Virus record (IMG/VR): IMGVR_UViG_3300031993_000068
Span: 3,568 to 67,567 of that record
DNA from: a virus
Taxonomy: Duplodnaviria; Caudoviricetes
Length of the DNA stretch: 64,000 nt
Strand: one strand, 5' to 3'
How positions within the stretch are numbered: position 1 is the stretch's first letter; every line of letters starts with the position of its first letter. The notes under the pieces were generated by a model. The model saw only the letters and a list, made by a program, of their open reading frames with translations, was not told the origin of the DNA and did no database searches. This document shows positions 54,001 through 63,012 of this stretch, in pieces. The position numbers and the translations under genes are program-made.

Positions 54001-54870
54001 ACGCGCATCCTTCAAGCCGCCCGTAGAACCCCAATCGGTGAGGGGAAGCATCAGGTGCGGGATATAGACGCTCTCGTGGTCTTTGATGGCGGGCGTGTAG
54101 TTGTTGTAGTAGCGCGTGGGCATATTGCGGTCGCTACCGTATGCGTAGATGCGCGTGGCCATATCGGACTTGCTCGAAAGGTTGCGCGTCAGCACCTTCA
54201 AGCCGTTGCCGTGACCGTAGGAGAACTCCGAGGTGGTGTTCCCCGAATCCTGGATGTTCGGCCTACCGATGGTGATGGTGTTCACGCCACTCACAACGGA
54301 GTAAACCCAACCGATGCCCGACCAAGTGTTGTATATCGCGTTGAGCGCGTCAAGGCAAGTGCCGTCGCTCACGGAGAACTGTTTGACCTCACTCAAGACC
54401 GCAAGCAAGTCCGCGTCCGTGGTGGTGACAACTTGGATGTTCCATGCGTTCGGGGCGAAGGCATCCATGTTCGCTTGGATGCGCCTCGCTATGCCGTACA
54501 CATCCTCGTAGGTGTCAACCGCCGCAAGCGAGGAGAAATGCACGGAGTTGTCATAGAGTACCACATCGCGGAAGAGCGCGATTTCAAGGTCTTTCGTCCG
54601 TGCGAAGAACTGCACGTTCTTATACACGAAGGCATCGCCCGCTTTCGTGGATGTCGCGCTCTTGACCACTTGAGGCTCGAAATAGAGGCGGTAACGGAAG
54701 CCGGTGCGCGTGTAGTCCACATAGTCGCCGACACTCCAAGCGATAGGCGTGGGCGAGGCGATTTCCGCGAACTCGATGTAGGAGGGTTTGCCGAAGATGC
54801 CGTTGTACTTCGGTGCGCCCTTGTAACGGACGGTCTGCCCGTCGGAGGAGTATATGTTGAATCGTGCCAT
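48043..54870 (-). CDS. Large tail-tip / host-specificity protein (Tal-like N-terminus, collagen linkers, repeated modules)
   Basis: ~2275 aa from ATG 54870; TRIYAYGS..NMP; GXY repeats; C-terminal ITQSDYNNL..KD.KTLY. Confidence 0.8.
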   Translation of the reverse strand: MARFNIYSSDGQTVRYKGAPKYNGIFGKPSYIEFAEIASPTPIAWSVGDYVDYTRTGFRYRLYFEPQVVKSATSTKAGDAFVYKNVQFFARTKDLEIALFRDVVLYDNSVHFSSLAAVDTYEDVYGIARRIQANMDAFAPNAWNIQVVTTTDADLLAVLSEVKQFSVSDGTCLDALNAIYNTWSGIGWVYSVVSGVNTITIGRPNIQDSGNTTSEFSYGHGNGLKVLTRNLSSKSDMATRIYAYGSDRNMPTRYYNNYTPAIKDHESVYIPHLMLPLTDWGSTGGLKDARLAYLEDATAISKYGLIPKVLRFDGGNGLEDIYPSIEGMTVGDVADASFPSTGWSSSDRIDEVYSAVNPGDDGQYTERSEKLKQTVTKSITDPNKTYTTVSGQEALTVGNDAELFTTGATSMQSGKYTINMGELGGSIVATNGDFTEVPKGFLEVYVGSYLETSKELDVRFGFTRMENEYIFSVPNVSFTTEHSGVVKAYIRFEAKIPKSAPNMSLAYHLTPTTATINVEYSIPSTFTLKVPQLGFDLNTVGTSTDGLATLSMKTGMCAGRDFVVKKAEYNTTTHTWDLTCQRQDDTSLMLYFPNNVYEIASGDRYVLLDIQLPDKYVTAAMTRLHNAASDSLSRLCKPRMVYTPEVDSKEVLMSEISLIEGLYMPVYDTDLISATGNTEWVLIDSVTIAENEDAIPIWSVTLRDEKAESMMVALTGELADAKKRLRDWDVDEKRRPAPSDESPVLIPTVVGVQIQAEKSFFPYTGDSTPQTIVLTAVTQGINNPTYQWYYLGQSGWMAISGATAQAYSVQSNSQIYYQGGEVVEDFRVVVTDGSSSWEDRMQITKLTGSTTIALSNPVHLFAGEVSSAVDAQSDSTTIVAYAGDTLVAATVNSISGAVTGMTALVRSGTNGTTAPIIDISVTDSLVEPSGALIINVTAGGVTRNLTYSWAIAFKGEGGGSAGLSNAIVYLYKRSATAPTINFTDTLTYSFVNNALILPANFVNNYGWSPTIPAHNSNPLYVTAATASSRADTDDIGYNEWASPVMLVEDGADGQDGQDGSPGADGQDGADGQDGLNSATVFLYQRAASAPNKPNGNLTYTFATGVLSGYYLGDWSQSIPSGTDPCWVIQATAISTGETDVIESGEWSGVTKLVENGEDGSPGNPGQSSFKSIIFKRSNSTVTAPSGGSYLSPLPNPLDDWSDGVPSGDAQLWMSTRIFTSDAQSPQQPSWTTPQPVTDTSDIDFEFSAVETNPGNPTSNPNNWHNTATSADIWMAVRKAENGVWGNWEVTKIKGERGSNGQSSYKSTVFKRSNSTLSAPSGGSYASPLPNPLNDWSDGVPSGDARLWMTTRIFTSDGQSPQQSAWTTPQPVTDTADIDFEFSAVATNPGNPTSNPSNWHNTATSDDIWMAIRKCSNGVWGTWEISKIKGEKGDPGDSAVTADIDNEMDGVVVSSEGRTTAQVSLTATVSMWYGTNAMTLTNITFGGAPSGVTTSRNLSTGVVTFTIANNTALSNHDITLTVVGSYNSVSYTRYLKFTIVGVKAGANGEDGVVYYLLPSVSSVKKNKNGAYSVQSVTCAKMKRTGSGSGSTTTDGTLKYSIDGGSETNYSSAISTADFTSTLTFFFYIGSVLVDKETIPMLIDGTDGEDGDDGDDGDTIYRAFVFKASSTKPNKPTGTNPDVSSQGWYDSPPEASESTLSVTYDSNFNTSSTPHIASVANNGTKWGKVTFAANKGDKVKVEIESSSEHNYDFGYLSLLDDDSLLEGNVATPASNKYTAKVSGTFASYPTDAKKTVTFEIPSTGTHFFCVGYHKDGTNTSGSDTIYIDSVKIVPFIPIWMSSSLVTNGVSDGNWSDPVKITPEDGNDGRDGESHATIYMYRRIDSGLPTSYTIGNATYDFENDTLTANSGQTLNGWVRDPADTSNSGPIYVTMANVSSRDATVTVLGGWNTGLGDWSEPVRWTGDDGVQGPMGKVMRGVNVWSSSGLPNGRISSNGYQGLDEVVSGFIYYDVVCVVDTNGQLSQDTEKLWYFYCKDGVGATSVNPITDVVTNDPTNKIDGDNWVRAVNYDFIATRVLLAENAFIDVMSGNGVYMYGDNGASDGNIVAGVQGGTKVSYNGSLVNQVNFFAGTNMASPTTADIQNAPFRVDYEGNIYASQGFIGPYTINSDGLVKTAGTYTNRECQYSLGEFNIELTSGQRHYYIHGDTSPSTGVGILDVYSNYSLFPAITTTGDIMRNGESVITSYDGNVLKIRKITQSDYNNLSTKDSKTLYVIVSS
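50570..51380 (-). repeat. Tandem 405-bp (135-aa) duplication within the tail-tip gene
   Basis: Two copies of QSS.KS..FKRSNS...WE..KIKGE.G offset by 405 bp; boundaries approximate. Confidence 0.85.
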
Positions 54871-54871
54871 A

Positions 54872-55405
54872 CTACGAAGTTGATGGTTCGACAATCGCGC
54901 CGTTGCTCATGGTCATCACGGTGACGGGATCGTTGACCTTGAACTTCACCTTGAAGGTGGCGCGTACCCAGTTGCTACGGGCCTTGTAGCCGTCCTCGTC
55001 CATCTCGAATCCCGCATAGCGCACCTTCTGGAATCCCTGCTGCGTGTACTCCATGAAGATTTTGAACTCGCCCGATTTCACGGCATCGAAGAAGGAGCGC
55101 ATATTCGTGTAGAACTGCGAGGCGGCGGTGGTGGCCGTCACGCCGTTACCCGTTGCCTCGACCTTGACATAGAACTCCACCTCAATCTCGAAAGCCTTGT
55201 ACTGCATCACGGCGGTGTACTCGTCATCGCCGTTCTCGTCCTTCCAATCGTTCGAGTACGGGTCTTTCGGGTCGGGGAGGAAAGTGTACGGATGAACCTT
55301 CGCCACCATACCCCATTGTGCCTTGGTGTCGGTGGCGGTGGAGTTCGAGCCGTACTGGATGTAGAATTTCTTGTATCCCGGTATCGGTATGTTAACTACT
55401 GACAT
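54872..55405 (-). CDS. Distal tail (Dit-like) protein
   Basis: Between TMP and tail tip; PKDPYSNDW.DE.GDDEY. Confidence 0.7.
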   Translation of the reverse strand: MSVVNIPIPGYKKFYIQYGSNSTATDTKAQWGMVAKVHPYTFLPDPKDPYSNDWKDENGDDEYTAVMQYKAFEIEVEFYVKVEATGNGVTATTAASQFYTNMRSFFDAVKSGEFKIFMEYTQQGFQKVRYAGFEMDEDGYKARSNWVRATFKVKFKVNDPVTVMTMSNGAIVEPSTS

Positions 55406-55417
55406 ATCTCGTTGTTG

Positions 55418-58400
55418 TTACATGAAAACTCGGAAAGCGGGGCCGTCGGTCACGGTGAGGACACTCCTTAACTCGGCAAGGATGTCAGCCGTGTTCTGGG
55501 CCGTGTTGTAGGTGTTCGCTTGGATTTGGGTAAGGTACTCCGCGAGGGTCGGGGCAGGGACATTCGTTGCGCTCTGCTCGGCCATCATTTGACGGATGTA
55601 CGCGACATCGGCGCGGATGCCGTTGACATACGAGGCAAGGAGTCCTGCGGTCTCCTCGGTGATGCCCTTGACACCGCCCGAAAGAGTGTTGCTCGTTTCC
55701 TCGTCCGTGACGAAATACTGACTAAGGCCGGACAGAATCTCGTTGATGGTCGGGAACAACTCTTGCAGTTGCATAGCCTTCTTCTCGAACTCGGCAAGCA
55801 CCTCTGCCGCCTTGCCACTCTTGGTAAGGTTCGTGATTTGCTTCTGGAAGTCCTCGTCAAAGAGGGAGTCCATTATCGCGTTGCGGACGAACATCTTGGC
55901 GTAGGTGTTCGCAAGGTCATCAAGGATGTCGGCATAGTCGATAGCCGCGTTCCCTGCCGCCTTCCATTGTTCGATGATGGCATCCGCGAAGTCATCAGCG
56001 ACACTACCCACAAGTTCGGACATCACCTTGTCAATCTGGTCGAGGGCATCGTTGTACGCCTTGGCTTGCTCTATTGCCTCGTTGAAAGCGCGGAGATTTT
56101 CGGCAGACCAGTTGTTCGTGCTGTCGCGCAACTTCTCCAAAGCCTCCACATTCACGCGCCCCGTTTCGGTCATCAAGTCCGCGCCCGCTTGCTCAAGCAT
56201 ATCAAGGACGGACACATTCTTGTTGGAAAGGAGTTTCGCCCAGGCCGCAGGAGCAGTCGGGGCAAGCAGGAACTCCCACCACTTCGCGTTCTCCGTGGAT
56301 ACGGTGATACCGTCAAGGGTGGAGCGGAGATTACGGATGCTACCCTCAAGTTGCTTCGCCATCTCGTTCGCGTTCTTGAGAGCCTTGTAGGAATCCGTGC
56401 CGAAGATGGACTCAACGCCGGACTGCAACTGCGCGGCATACTGCAAGGACATCATCTCGACCTGGAGGTCTTGGATGGATTTCTTGAACTCGATGGATGC
56501 CGCCACCGCGTCAGTCCACACATCCACGATGTAGGTTACTGCCGCCATGACCGCACCGAAGGTATCACCGCTTGCAAGAGCCTCGACCATCTTCATCGTG
56601 GCATCGGCGGCTTTATCAAGGTCATCGGCCATACCCGCAAGCGCGGGGTCGCGCAAGGCTTCGGCAAGACGATTGAGTGAGCCGATGGAAACATCCAAGG
56701 CTTGCTTGTACCGTCTCACTTGCTTCACGATCTCCTTCCACCTCTGCTCCTCGGCCTTCCCGTTGATTTCGTCAATGGCCTTGATAACCGCATCCTTGAA
56801 CACCTCAATGCCTCCCTCTACCTTCTGCAACTCTTCGGGCAACTCGCCAAAGTAGTTCTCTGGATTCTTTGCGAGTTCGGCAAGTTTGTCTTGGAGTTTG
56901 GTCAGTTCACGGGCAGTAAGGTCGGCCATATGCGAGAGGTCGATTTCTCCCAAACCTTCCCAGTTTTTGACCCACTTCTCTGCCTCCTTGCGTATGGACT
57001 CATTGGCCTCCTTGAGAGCATTTGCCTTCTCCGTGATGGTCTTATCAGTAATCTCGTCAAGCGCGGTATCAAAGTCGAAGCCTGGATTAAGCGATGCGTT
57101 TGCAGATGCTCGTTTCAACGCATCCTCTCGCTTGTTGTCAATTTTCGCCAACTCTTTGCCGTAGCGGTCTATAATCTTGGAGATGTTGAACTCCGAGCCT
57201 TCGCCAAAGAGTTCGGATGATTCAAGCCAATCCTTCATAAACTCCTCGTAATCCTCTGCCGCCTTCTTTGCCCTCTTCCACTTGTCAAACTGAGCGTCAA
57301 TGGCATTGAGTCCCATATCATCACGGAGAGCCTGTGCAGCCTTCTTGTCATACACCTCAAGGGCATTGGCAATCTCTATGAGGACTTCCTTGTATTTCTC
57401 ACCGTTGATGATTTCGCTTTGGTCGGGGAAATAGGCTACGAGCATATTGCGGATGCTCTGGCTATCCATACCCGCATCCTTGAGTTTATCGTACCACTTG
57501 AGAAGGTCTTTGAGGGTATCGCGGCGCATCTCAAGTTCGACTTGCTCCGCAGACTTGCCGGAGGAGCCACTACCAGATGCTTTCTTGACCTTATCGTTTA
57601 CGGAGATGTGCAGGGCCTTGCCGATGTCCTCAATGGTCTCCTTGCGATGCTCAAGGAGTTCGTACTGCTCCTTGGCCTTGTCGAAAACCTTATCGTCAAC
57701 GGCGAGTCCACGCTTCTTGTCCTCCACCAAGCCGTTGTAGGTCTTTTGTGCATCGGCAAAGGTCTCGGTGACATCCTTGTACTCCTTGCGAATCTTGTCC
57801 ACATACTCGTCATAGCCGTCCTCAAGTTGCGCCAAGAGGTCGCGGACACCGTTGCCCTTGATGACGGGGTTGACAATCTTCATTATCCAAGAGTCCTCGC
57901 CCGGCTCAAGGTCGGCAAGTTGTTGCTTGATGTCGCGGATTTGGTTGTCCCACGCGCCCTCCTTACCAAGTTGCGCGGCCTCCTCGTTCAATTTCTCGTA
58001 GGTCACAAGCATCGCATTGAGCTTCGCCTTCTTGTTGTCAAGGAGTGCTTGCTCGGCTTCCTCCTTGGACATAGTCGAGTCACGGATCGCGGCCTCTTTC
58101 TGCGCGAACTCCGCTTCAACCTTCTGGATATGTTCCCTTTCCTCTACGCTTGAATAACCCTTCGCACCAAAGCGGAGGTCAAGGGTGTGATTGAAGTCAT
58201 CCTCTGCCTTGGCAACAGCGCGTACCGCAAGGCCATAGGATTGCACCGCCGCACGGGTATTGTCAATCGCAACAAAGGCGTTGCGCCACTTGTCCGCAAG
58301 AGTCTTACCAAGGTAGTTGTCAAGGGTGGTATTGAATACACTTTCGATTGAGCTGGAATCGGCCTTGAGAGCATCACGGAATCCCTTTACGAAATCATCC

Positions 58401-60175
58401 ACCACATCCTCTGCCATGCCCCTACCACGGAGAGCCTTGACAAGACTGTTCGCGGCCTCGGACATCTTCTTGCCCTCCTTGTCCTCAATCTTCTGCAATC
58501 CCTCTGCCTCGGCATACGCACGGGCGCGGGCATATATCGCGTTGGTGACTTCGTTCTCCGCTTTCGCTATCTCCTCAAGAGCGTTCTTCTCGTTCAAGAG
58601 GTTGGGAAGGTACTCACCATACTGATTGTTCAATTTTGAAATAGCCTCGCGGTAATCCTCGCTTCCCTTGGTCGCGCTACGCAACCTTTCCACGAGTTCC
58701 TTGAAACCCTTGACGGCCTTGTCTGCCGTCCTATACTGCGTATCCGCGATGCCTTGCAATTCCTTCTTAAATCGGTTGGCTTGCACGGATGCGGAAATGA
58801 GATATGCAGATACGGCCATAACTGCCGCCCCGATAGCCGCCCAGGGATTGATACTCGCTATCAGTTTCTGCACTACGGCATACAGTTTCGTCTGCTCAAT
58901 GAGAATCTTGATAGCCTTCCCCATCTGGGTTATCACTCTCGTTCGGTTGATACCGGCGAGTAAGGTGGCCTCCTCAATGACCTTTACCGCCACCATAATG
59001 GCACGATAAGAGCCGTAAGCCGCGACAAGCGCGACTAATGCCCTTCCTACCTTCTGGTAGTTGTCGGCAAGACTACGCGCCAAGTCGACCGCACCCTTCA
59101 GCAATCCACTCTTCTTGTCTCCAATCTCGGAGAACATAATCTGATAGGCATCGGTCAAGTTGCTTATCTTTCCCTTCAAGGTTTCGGCTTGCACTTCCTG
59201 CATCTCGAAGAACTTGCCACCTTCCTCGGTCATGTTCTTAAAGACCTTCTCCACCATCTCGAAGGGAACCAGGCGCTTCGAGATTTTGTCAAAGACATCG
59301 CCCACGGTGATGCCTTCCTCGCCAAGTTCCACAAACTGCTTCCGTAACTCCACGAGAATCGGTATTCCTGCCTCCGTGAGCTGTCTGACCTCCTGGCCAC
59401 GAAGGAAAGATGCGCTTCGTATCTGGCCATACGCCAACACCAAACGATCCATTCCGACACCAAGACCGGCACTCACATCGGCAAGCATCTTCGTGGTCTC
59501 GTACAACTCGTTCACGGGAATGGAGTATGCGGACAACTGCTTGGCATAGGTGGCCAAGTCCTTGAACTGGAAGGGCGACCGCACCGCCAACTCCTTCAAC
59601 TGTCCAAAGAGTTTCCCTGCGGCTTGCGTATCGTTCAAGATAGCACCCAGGGTAACTCTCTGCATCTCGAACTCCGCAGACACGCGGGTAAGAGTGCGTA
59701 TAAGGGTGGTAGCACCTCGGATGGAGAAATATGCCGCCGCCATAGACCCGACCTCGCGCCAGAGCCTACTGCTCTTGCCAAGGATGGAGTTATTCTCTTT
59801 CTGTAACCTATTAAGCCGTTCCTGCGCGGTCAAGGTCTTGATGACCTCGCGTTGCTCCTGCTCCCTCTGCTTCGTCACCTCCTTACGGGCGGTGGCCTCC
59901 GCAGCCGCATCGTCCACGGATGTCTGCCTTCGCGTCTTGGATCGCATCCGTTCCATCTGTTGCTCAAGCCGGAAGTTGTCTTGAAGAATCTTGTTCATCT
60001 TCTTGGCACTCTCGACATCCGCATCGGTAACGGGCGCAATACCACCCCTAATGCTGAGAAGGTTCGATAGGGTTGTGTTCAGGTCTTGCGCCTGTTGCTT
60101 CATCTGCCCTATCTTGTTGTTGAACTCAACATCATTAAGGATGACCTCAAAGTTCAGTTGCTCTAAGTTCGCCAT
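55418..60175 (-). CDS. Tape measure protein
   Basis: 1585 aa, helical; LKELAVRSPFQFKDL..YAKQL, LVLAYGQI, RQLTEAGIP. Confidence 0.92.
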   Translation of the reverse strand: MANLEQLNFEVILNDVEFNNKIGQMKQQAQDLNTTLSNLLSIRGGIAPVTDADVESAKKMNKILQDNFRLEQQMERMRSKTRRQTSVDDAAAEATARKEVTKQREQEQREVIKTLTAQERLNRLQKENNSILGKSSRLWREVGSMAAAYFSIRGATTLIRTLTRVSAEFEMQRVTLGAILNDTQAAGKLFGQLKELAVRSPFQFKDLATYAKQLSAYSIPVNELYETTKMLADVSAGLGVGMDRLVLAYGQIRSASFLRGQEVRQLTEAGIPILVELRKQFVELGEEGITVGDVFDKISKRLVPFEMVEKVFKNMTEEGGKFFEMQEVQAETLKGKISNLTDAYQIMFSEIGDKKSGLLKGAVDLARSLADNYQKVGRALVALVAAYGSYRAIMVAVKVIEEATLLAGINRTRVITQMGKAIKILIEQTKLYAVVQKLIASINPWAAIGAAVMAVSAYLISASVQANRFKKELQGIADTQYRTADKAVKGFKELVERLRSATKGSEDYREAISKLNNQYGEYLPNLLNEKNALEEIAKAENEVTNAIYARARAYAEAEGLQKIEDKEGKKMSEAANSLVKALRGRGMAEDVVDDFVKGFRDALKADSSSIESVFNTTLDNYLGKTLADKWRNAFVAIDNTRAAVQSYGLAVRAVAKAEDDFNHTLDLRFGAKGYSSVEEREHIQKVEAEFAQKEAAIRDSTMSKEEAEQALLDNKKAKLNAMLVTYEKLNEEAAQLGKEGAWDNQIRDIKQQLADLEPGEDSWIMKIVNPVIKGNGVRDLLAQLEDGYDEYVDKIRKEYKDVTETFADAQKTYNGLVEDKKRGLAVDDKVFDKAKEQYELLEHRKETIEDIGKALHISVNDKVKKASGSGSSGKSAEQVELEMRRDTLKDLLKWYDKLKDAGMDSQSIRNMLVAYFPDQSEIINGEKYKEVLIEIANALEVYDKKAAQALRDDMGLNAIDAQFDKWKRAKKAAEDYEEFMKDWLESSELFGEGSEFNISKIIDRYGKELAKIDNKREDALKRASANASLNPGFDFDTALDEITDKTITEKANALKEANESIRKEAEKWVKNWEGLGEIDLSHMADLTARELTKLQDKLAELAKNPENYFGELPEELQKVEGGIEVFKDAVIKAIDEINGKAEEQRWKEIVKQVRRYKQALDVSIGSLNRLAEALRDPALAGMADDLDKAADATMKMVEALASGDTFGAVMAAVTYIVDVWTDAVAASIEFKKSIQDLQVEMMSLQYAAQLQSGVESIFGTDSYKALKNANEMAKQLEGSIRNLRSTLDGITVSTENAKWWEFLLAPTAPAAWAKLLSNKNVSVLDMLEQAGADLMTETGRVNVEALEKLRDSTNNWSAENLRAFNEAIEQAKAYNDALDQIDKVMSELVGSVADDFADAIIEQWKAAGNAAIDYADILDDLANTYAKMFVRNAIMDSLFDEDFQKQITNLTKSGKAAEVLAEFEKKAMQLQELFPTINEILSGLSQYFVTDEETSNTLSGGVKGITEETAGLLASYVNGIRADVAYIRQMMAEQSATNVPAPTLAEYLTQIQANTYNTAQNTADILAELRSVLTVTDGPAFRVFM

Positions 60176-60190
60176 ATATCGTTTTCAATT

Positions 60191-60585
60191 TTAATCAGCC
60201 AAACCGTCAAAGACATCCTCGACGGTATATCCCCCGGATTCCCTCGCCTTACGCTTGCGCTCCGCTATCTCGCGGTTCTTGCGCTCGACCTCTGCCATCT
60301 CGTCGGCCTCGGCTTTCTTCTTGTTACGATAGAGCGTGTGAGGCAAGTCCGCACTCATCAACTCTATCTGCGGGAGTGTCAAGAAACACCGATAACCCCA
60401 ATGCCTGACTCCCCACCTTGTCCGTCCGTATTCGGGGAACTTTTCAACGAAGGCTGACTCGACCCCAAGATAAGTTCGGCTCGGTATTGCTCGGCTTCCA
60501 CCTTCGTCATCCTCATCCAATCCGTCCTCATATCCGAGGAGTACACCATATTCGTCCAATGCGCGGTAAGCGGAAGTTTTTTTTT
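60191..60585 (-). CDS. Tail assembly chaperone GT extension (reached by -1 frameshift)
   Basis: -1 frame opens right after a TAA at the A9 run (T9 at 60577-60585 on +); LTLPQIELMSADLP. Confidence 0.7.
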
Positions 60586-60939
60586 ACCCTCCATGATTAT
60601 CGGCATCATCTGGCCCTCGGTATAACCCCTCAAAAACGCCCATATTCGCCACTTAAACGGATAGATAAGGTGTAACCCCAAAAAACCGTTCAAGGACAAA
60701 ATAACCGCCTCTTTGACGGCAAAATAAGGCTCCCTGCACATGGACTTGAGCGTGGATGCGGCATCGTCCGGGATTGACTCCACATCACGCTCTATCCATA
60801 GCCTCGTCAAACGCTCAAGGGTGTAAGGCTTGATGCCCGTGAGCGTGACATATCTCTTCGTTCCTGGTATATGCACTCGCGTGGGTCTATCGTTGATAAT
60901 CTCGTCTAACCCTATTCGTGCTTGCTTTGAAACTTGCTC
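60379..60939 (-). CDS. Tail assembly chaperone (gpG-like)
   Basis: Between MTP and TMP; EGKKKL over the slippery site; probable start MEQVSKQ. Confidence 0.75.
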   Translation of the reverse strand, partial: EQVSKQARIGLDEIINDRPTRVHIPGTKRYVTLTGIKPYTLERLTRLWIERDVESIPDDAASTLKSMCREPYFAVKEAVILSLNGFLGLHLIYPFKWRIWAFLRGYTEGQMMPIIMEGKKKLPLTAHWTNMVYSSDMRTDWMRMTKVEAEQYRAELILGSSQPSLKSSPNTDGQGGESGIGVIGVS

Positions 60940-61011
60940 CATATTGTCAATGAAAAAAGGGACGGGCGACACTCACATCTCCCGCCCCTCGCGTTATCGT
61001 CCAAGCGCGGA

Positions 61012-61632
61012 TTACGCGCCGTACTTCGAGCAGATTGCCCAGTCACCCTGGAGGCCAGTGGACTCGGTGTTGTTGAGGATAGTACCATTGATTTTGAGGT
61101 ACGCAGGGTTGGTGGAGTCATCGTTGGACACGCCAACGGTAATCTTCACGCGGGCGAAGGCGATGCCCTCGTTCTTGGCCTGGTTCTCAATCATCATGGT
61201 AGCATAGACCTCCTTCGGGGTGGCGAAGTAAGCCTGTGCGGTGTAGGTCGTGCCGTCCTGACCGAGAATGACACCACTGGAGGTCACGGTTGCTCCCTTG
61301 TCAAAGAAGATGTCGCAGTAAGCGGCGGCGATGACGGGGATGTTGCCCGTGAAAGTCCACTCACCGTCCTCGGTAGAGGTGTCGATGGTGGCATCCATCT
61401 GGTCAATCTTGATTTCGGTGACGGTCGGGTCAGCCTTCGAGAGCTGGAAGGAGTCCTTCAAGGTGAAGAACTCGTCCGCGCCACTGAAGGAGAGGTTTTC
61501 CCAAGCCACACCGTTGGTGGAGTCGTAGGGCATCAGAGACCAATGGCTCTGGCCCTTGAACAGAGTTGCAAGGAGGGTTTTCGCCCAAGTCTTGCTCGTT
61601 CCGGTGAAAAATCTTACAGACTGTGCTGCCAT
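61012..61632 (-). CDS. Major tail protein
   Basis: 206 aa; position and beta-rich tube-protein pattern. Confidence 0.75.
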   Translation of the reverse strand: MAAQSVRFFTGTSKTWAKTLLATLFKGQSHWSLMPYDSTNGVAWENLSFSGADEFFTLKDSFQLSKADPTVTEIKIDQMDATIDTSTEDGEWTFTGNIPVIAAAYCDIFFDKGATVTSSGVILGQDGTTYTAQAYFATPKEVYATMMIENQAKNEGIAFARVKITVGVSNDDSTNPAYLKINGTILNNTESTGLQGDWAICSKYGA

Positions 61633-61634
61633 TG

Positions 61635-62021
61635 TTATTTCATTTTAACGGTTACACTGAAAGTTATGATTCGTGCGTGGAAGCCGTAGTCGTCTGCCAC
61701 GTCGGGGAGTATGAAAGGGTGTATGTCGATATACAAGTCATCGGTTTCGGCGGGAACTGCGGCCATCAACTTCGACTGCATGAGTTGGAGTTTCTTGCCG
61801 TTCTTCCTCGTTTGGATGTCGCGGGCGAAGAGATGCACACCAACCTCGGTTTCGCCGTAGGTGGCCAAGTCCTCAAGTTTGCCCGTCATACGGACAACCG
61901 CGAAGTCTTGGACACTCACGGTAGCCTTCGGACGCGCATCGTACACGATTTCGGTCACACCGCCCGTAGTCACGAAGCCTTCAAAGGCTTGCTCAAGTTT
62001 GGTTACATCGTAGTTCGTCAT
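61635..62021 (-). CDS. Tail terminator-like protein
   Basis: 128 aa immediately upstream of MTP. Confidence 0.6.
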   Translation of the reverse strand: MTNYDVTKLEQAFEGFVTTGGVTEIVYDARPKATVSVQDFAVVRMTGKLEDLATYGETEVGVHLFARDIQTRKNGKKLQLMQSKLMAAVPAETDDLYIDIHPFILPDVADDYGFHARIITFSVTVKMK

Positions 62022-62455
62022 ACCGCAAACTTCTTGAAATATCTACTGAAATCGTCCGACTTGAGGTCGCGGATACCGGCTCTCATCGGGATAAACTCGT
62101 AAAGGGCGTTGAAGTATGTGACGGGTTTCACGGTGGCGAGGACAACTCCCACATAACCCGTGGGCGAAACCTTGCTCTTGACATAGGTCAAGGCATCGTC
62201 CGCGTTACCTCGCAAATCGTTGTCCGTTCCCCATAACTTGCGCTCCAACTCGTTCCCGTTGTGGAGAAGAATCCAACCGTATCCATCCCCTTGGTCTGCG
62301 TGACGGCGGTGGATGTTATCGTGTTCCTGGAGGCAGTATTCAACGCCCGCATCCAAAACGGCCTCAAGACCGCTTCGGAAAGATGCTTCTGCGTTCGCTT
62401 GGAACTTGGCGAAAGCCTCGTCAATTATCCTCGCATTGTCCTCCTTGTAACCCAT
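62018..62455 (-). CDS. Tail completion (HK97 gp10-like) protein
   Basis: Position in the neck cluster. Confidence 0.55.
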   Translation of the reverse strand: MGYKEDNARIIDEAFAKFQANAEASFRSGLEAVLDAGVEYCLQEHDNIHRRHADQGDGYGWILLHNGNELERKLWGTDNDLRGNADDALTYVKSKVSPTGYVGVVLATVKPVTYFNALYEFIPMRAGIRDLKSDDFSRYFKKFAV

Positions 62456-62459
62456 ACGG

Positions 62460-63005
62460 TTAGTTCTTTATCTCGTCAAACCAAATGTCGCTACCCCAGT
62501 TGAATGTAGCCTTCTTGACCATCTTGGCGCGGAATGTCCTGTCATAGTCCGTTATCTCAAGGATGTCATCGAAGTACAACGGCGTGAGGAAAGGCGGCGT
62601 GTGCAAAGTGACGTTGTAAACTACCACATCGCCGTACTCTGCCGTGTTCCTCGTGTTCGTGCGATAACCACACTCTATCTCCTCGACATAGGAATCCACA
62701 ACGGGCTTCCCGTCACCGTCACGCACCATCCATCCGTCTGCCATCGCCACCTTCGCCAACTTCACCACCGTATAAACAGGGTCGCCGTTCGCATCAAGGA
62801 CATACTCGCCCGTGGTGTCGTAGGTAGGCTCGGTAGATGCCGTTTCCGTAGTGGTGGTAGGCTCTTCCGTGGTATCATCGGAAGAAGTCTCGTCCACTAC
62901 GGTCACATCGTCATCGTCCGACGGCAAAGGCCAATCGGAGGACTTGACGGGCCGATACACCTTCAAGGTGAATGGGAATCTCGGATTGTGCGGACTGTCT
63001 GCCAT
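62460..63005 (-). CDS. Head closure-like protein with acidic/Thr-rich insertion
   Basis: NPRFPFTLKVYR ... CGYRTNT; position in the neck cluster. Confidence 0.55.
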   Translation of the reverse strand: MADSPHNPRFPFTLKVYRPVKSSDWPLPSDDDDVTVVDETSSDDTTEEPTTTTETASTEPTYDTTGEYVLDANGDPVYTVVKLAKVAMADGWMVRDGDGKPVVDSYVEEIECGYRTNTRNTAEYGDVVVYNVTLHTPPFLTPLYFDDILEITDYDRTFRAKMVKKATFNWGSDIWFDEIKN

Positions 63006-63012
63006 TCGCTTG

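Noticed and set aside
40696-54870. Diversity-generating retroelement acting on tail genes
   Set aside because: No reverse transcriptase and no TR/VR pair differing only at adenines was seen; the duplications differ at all base types.
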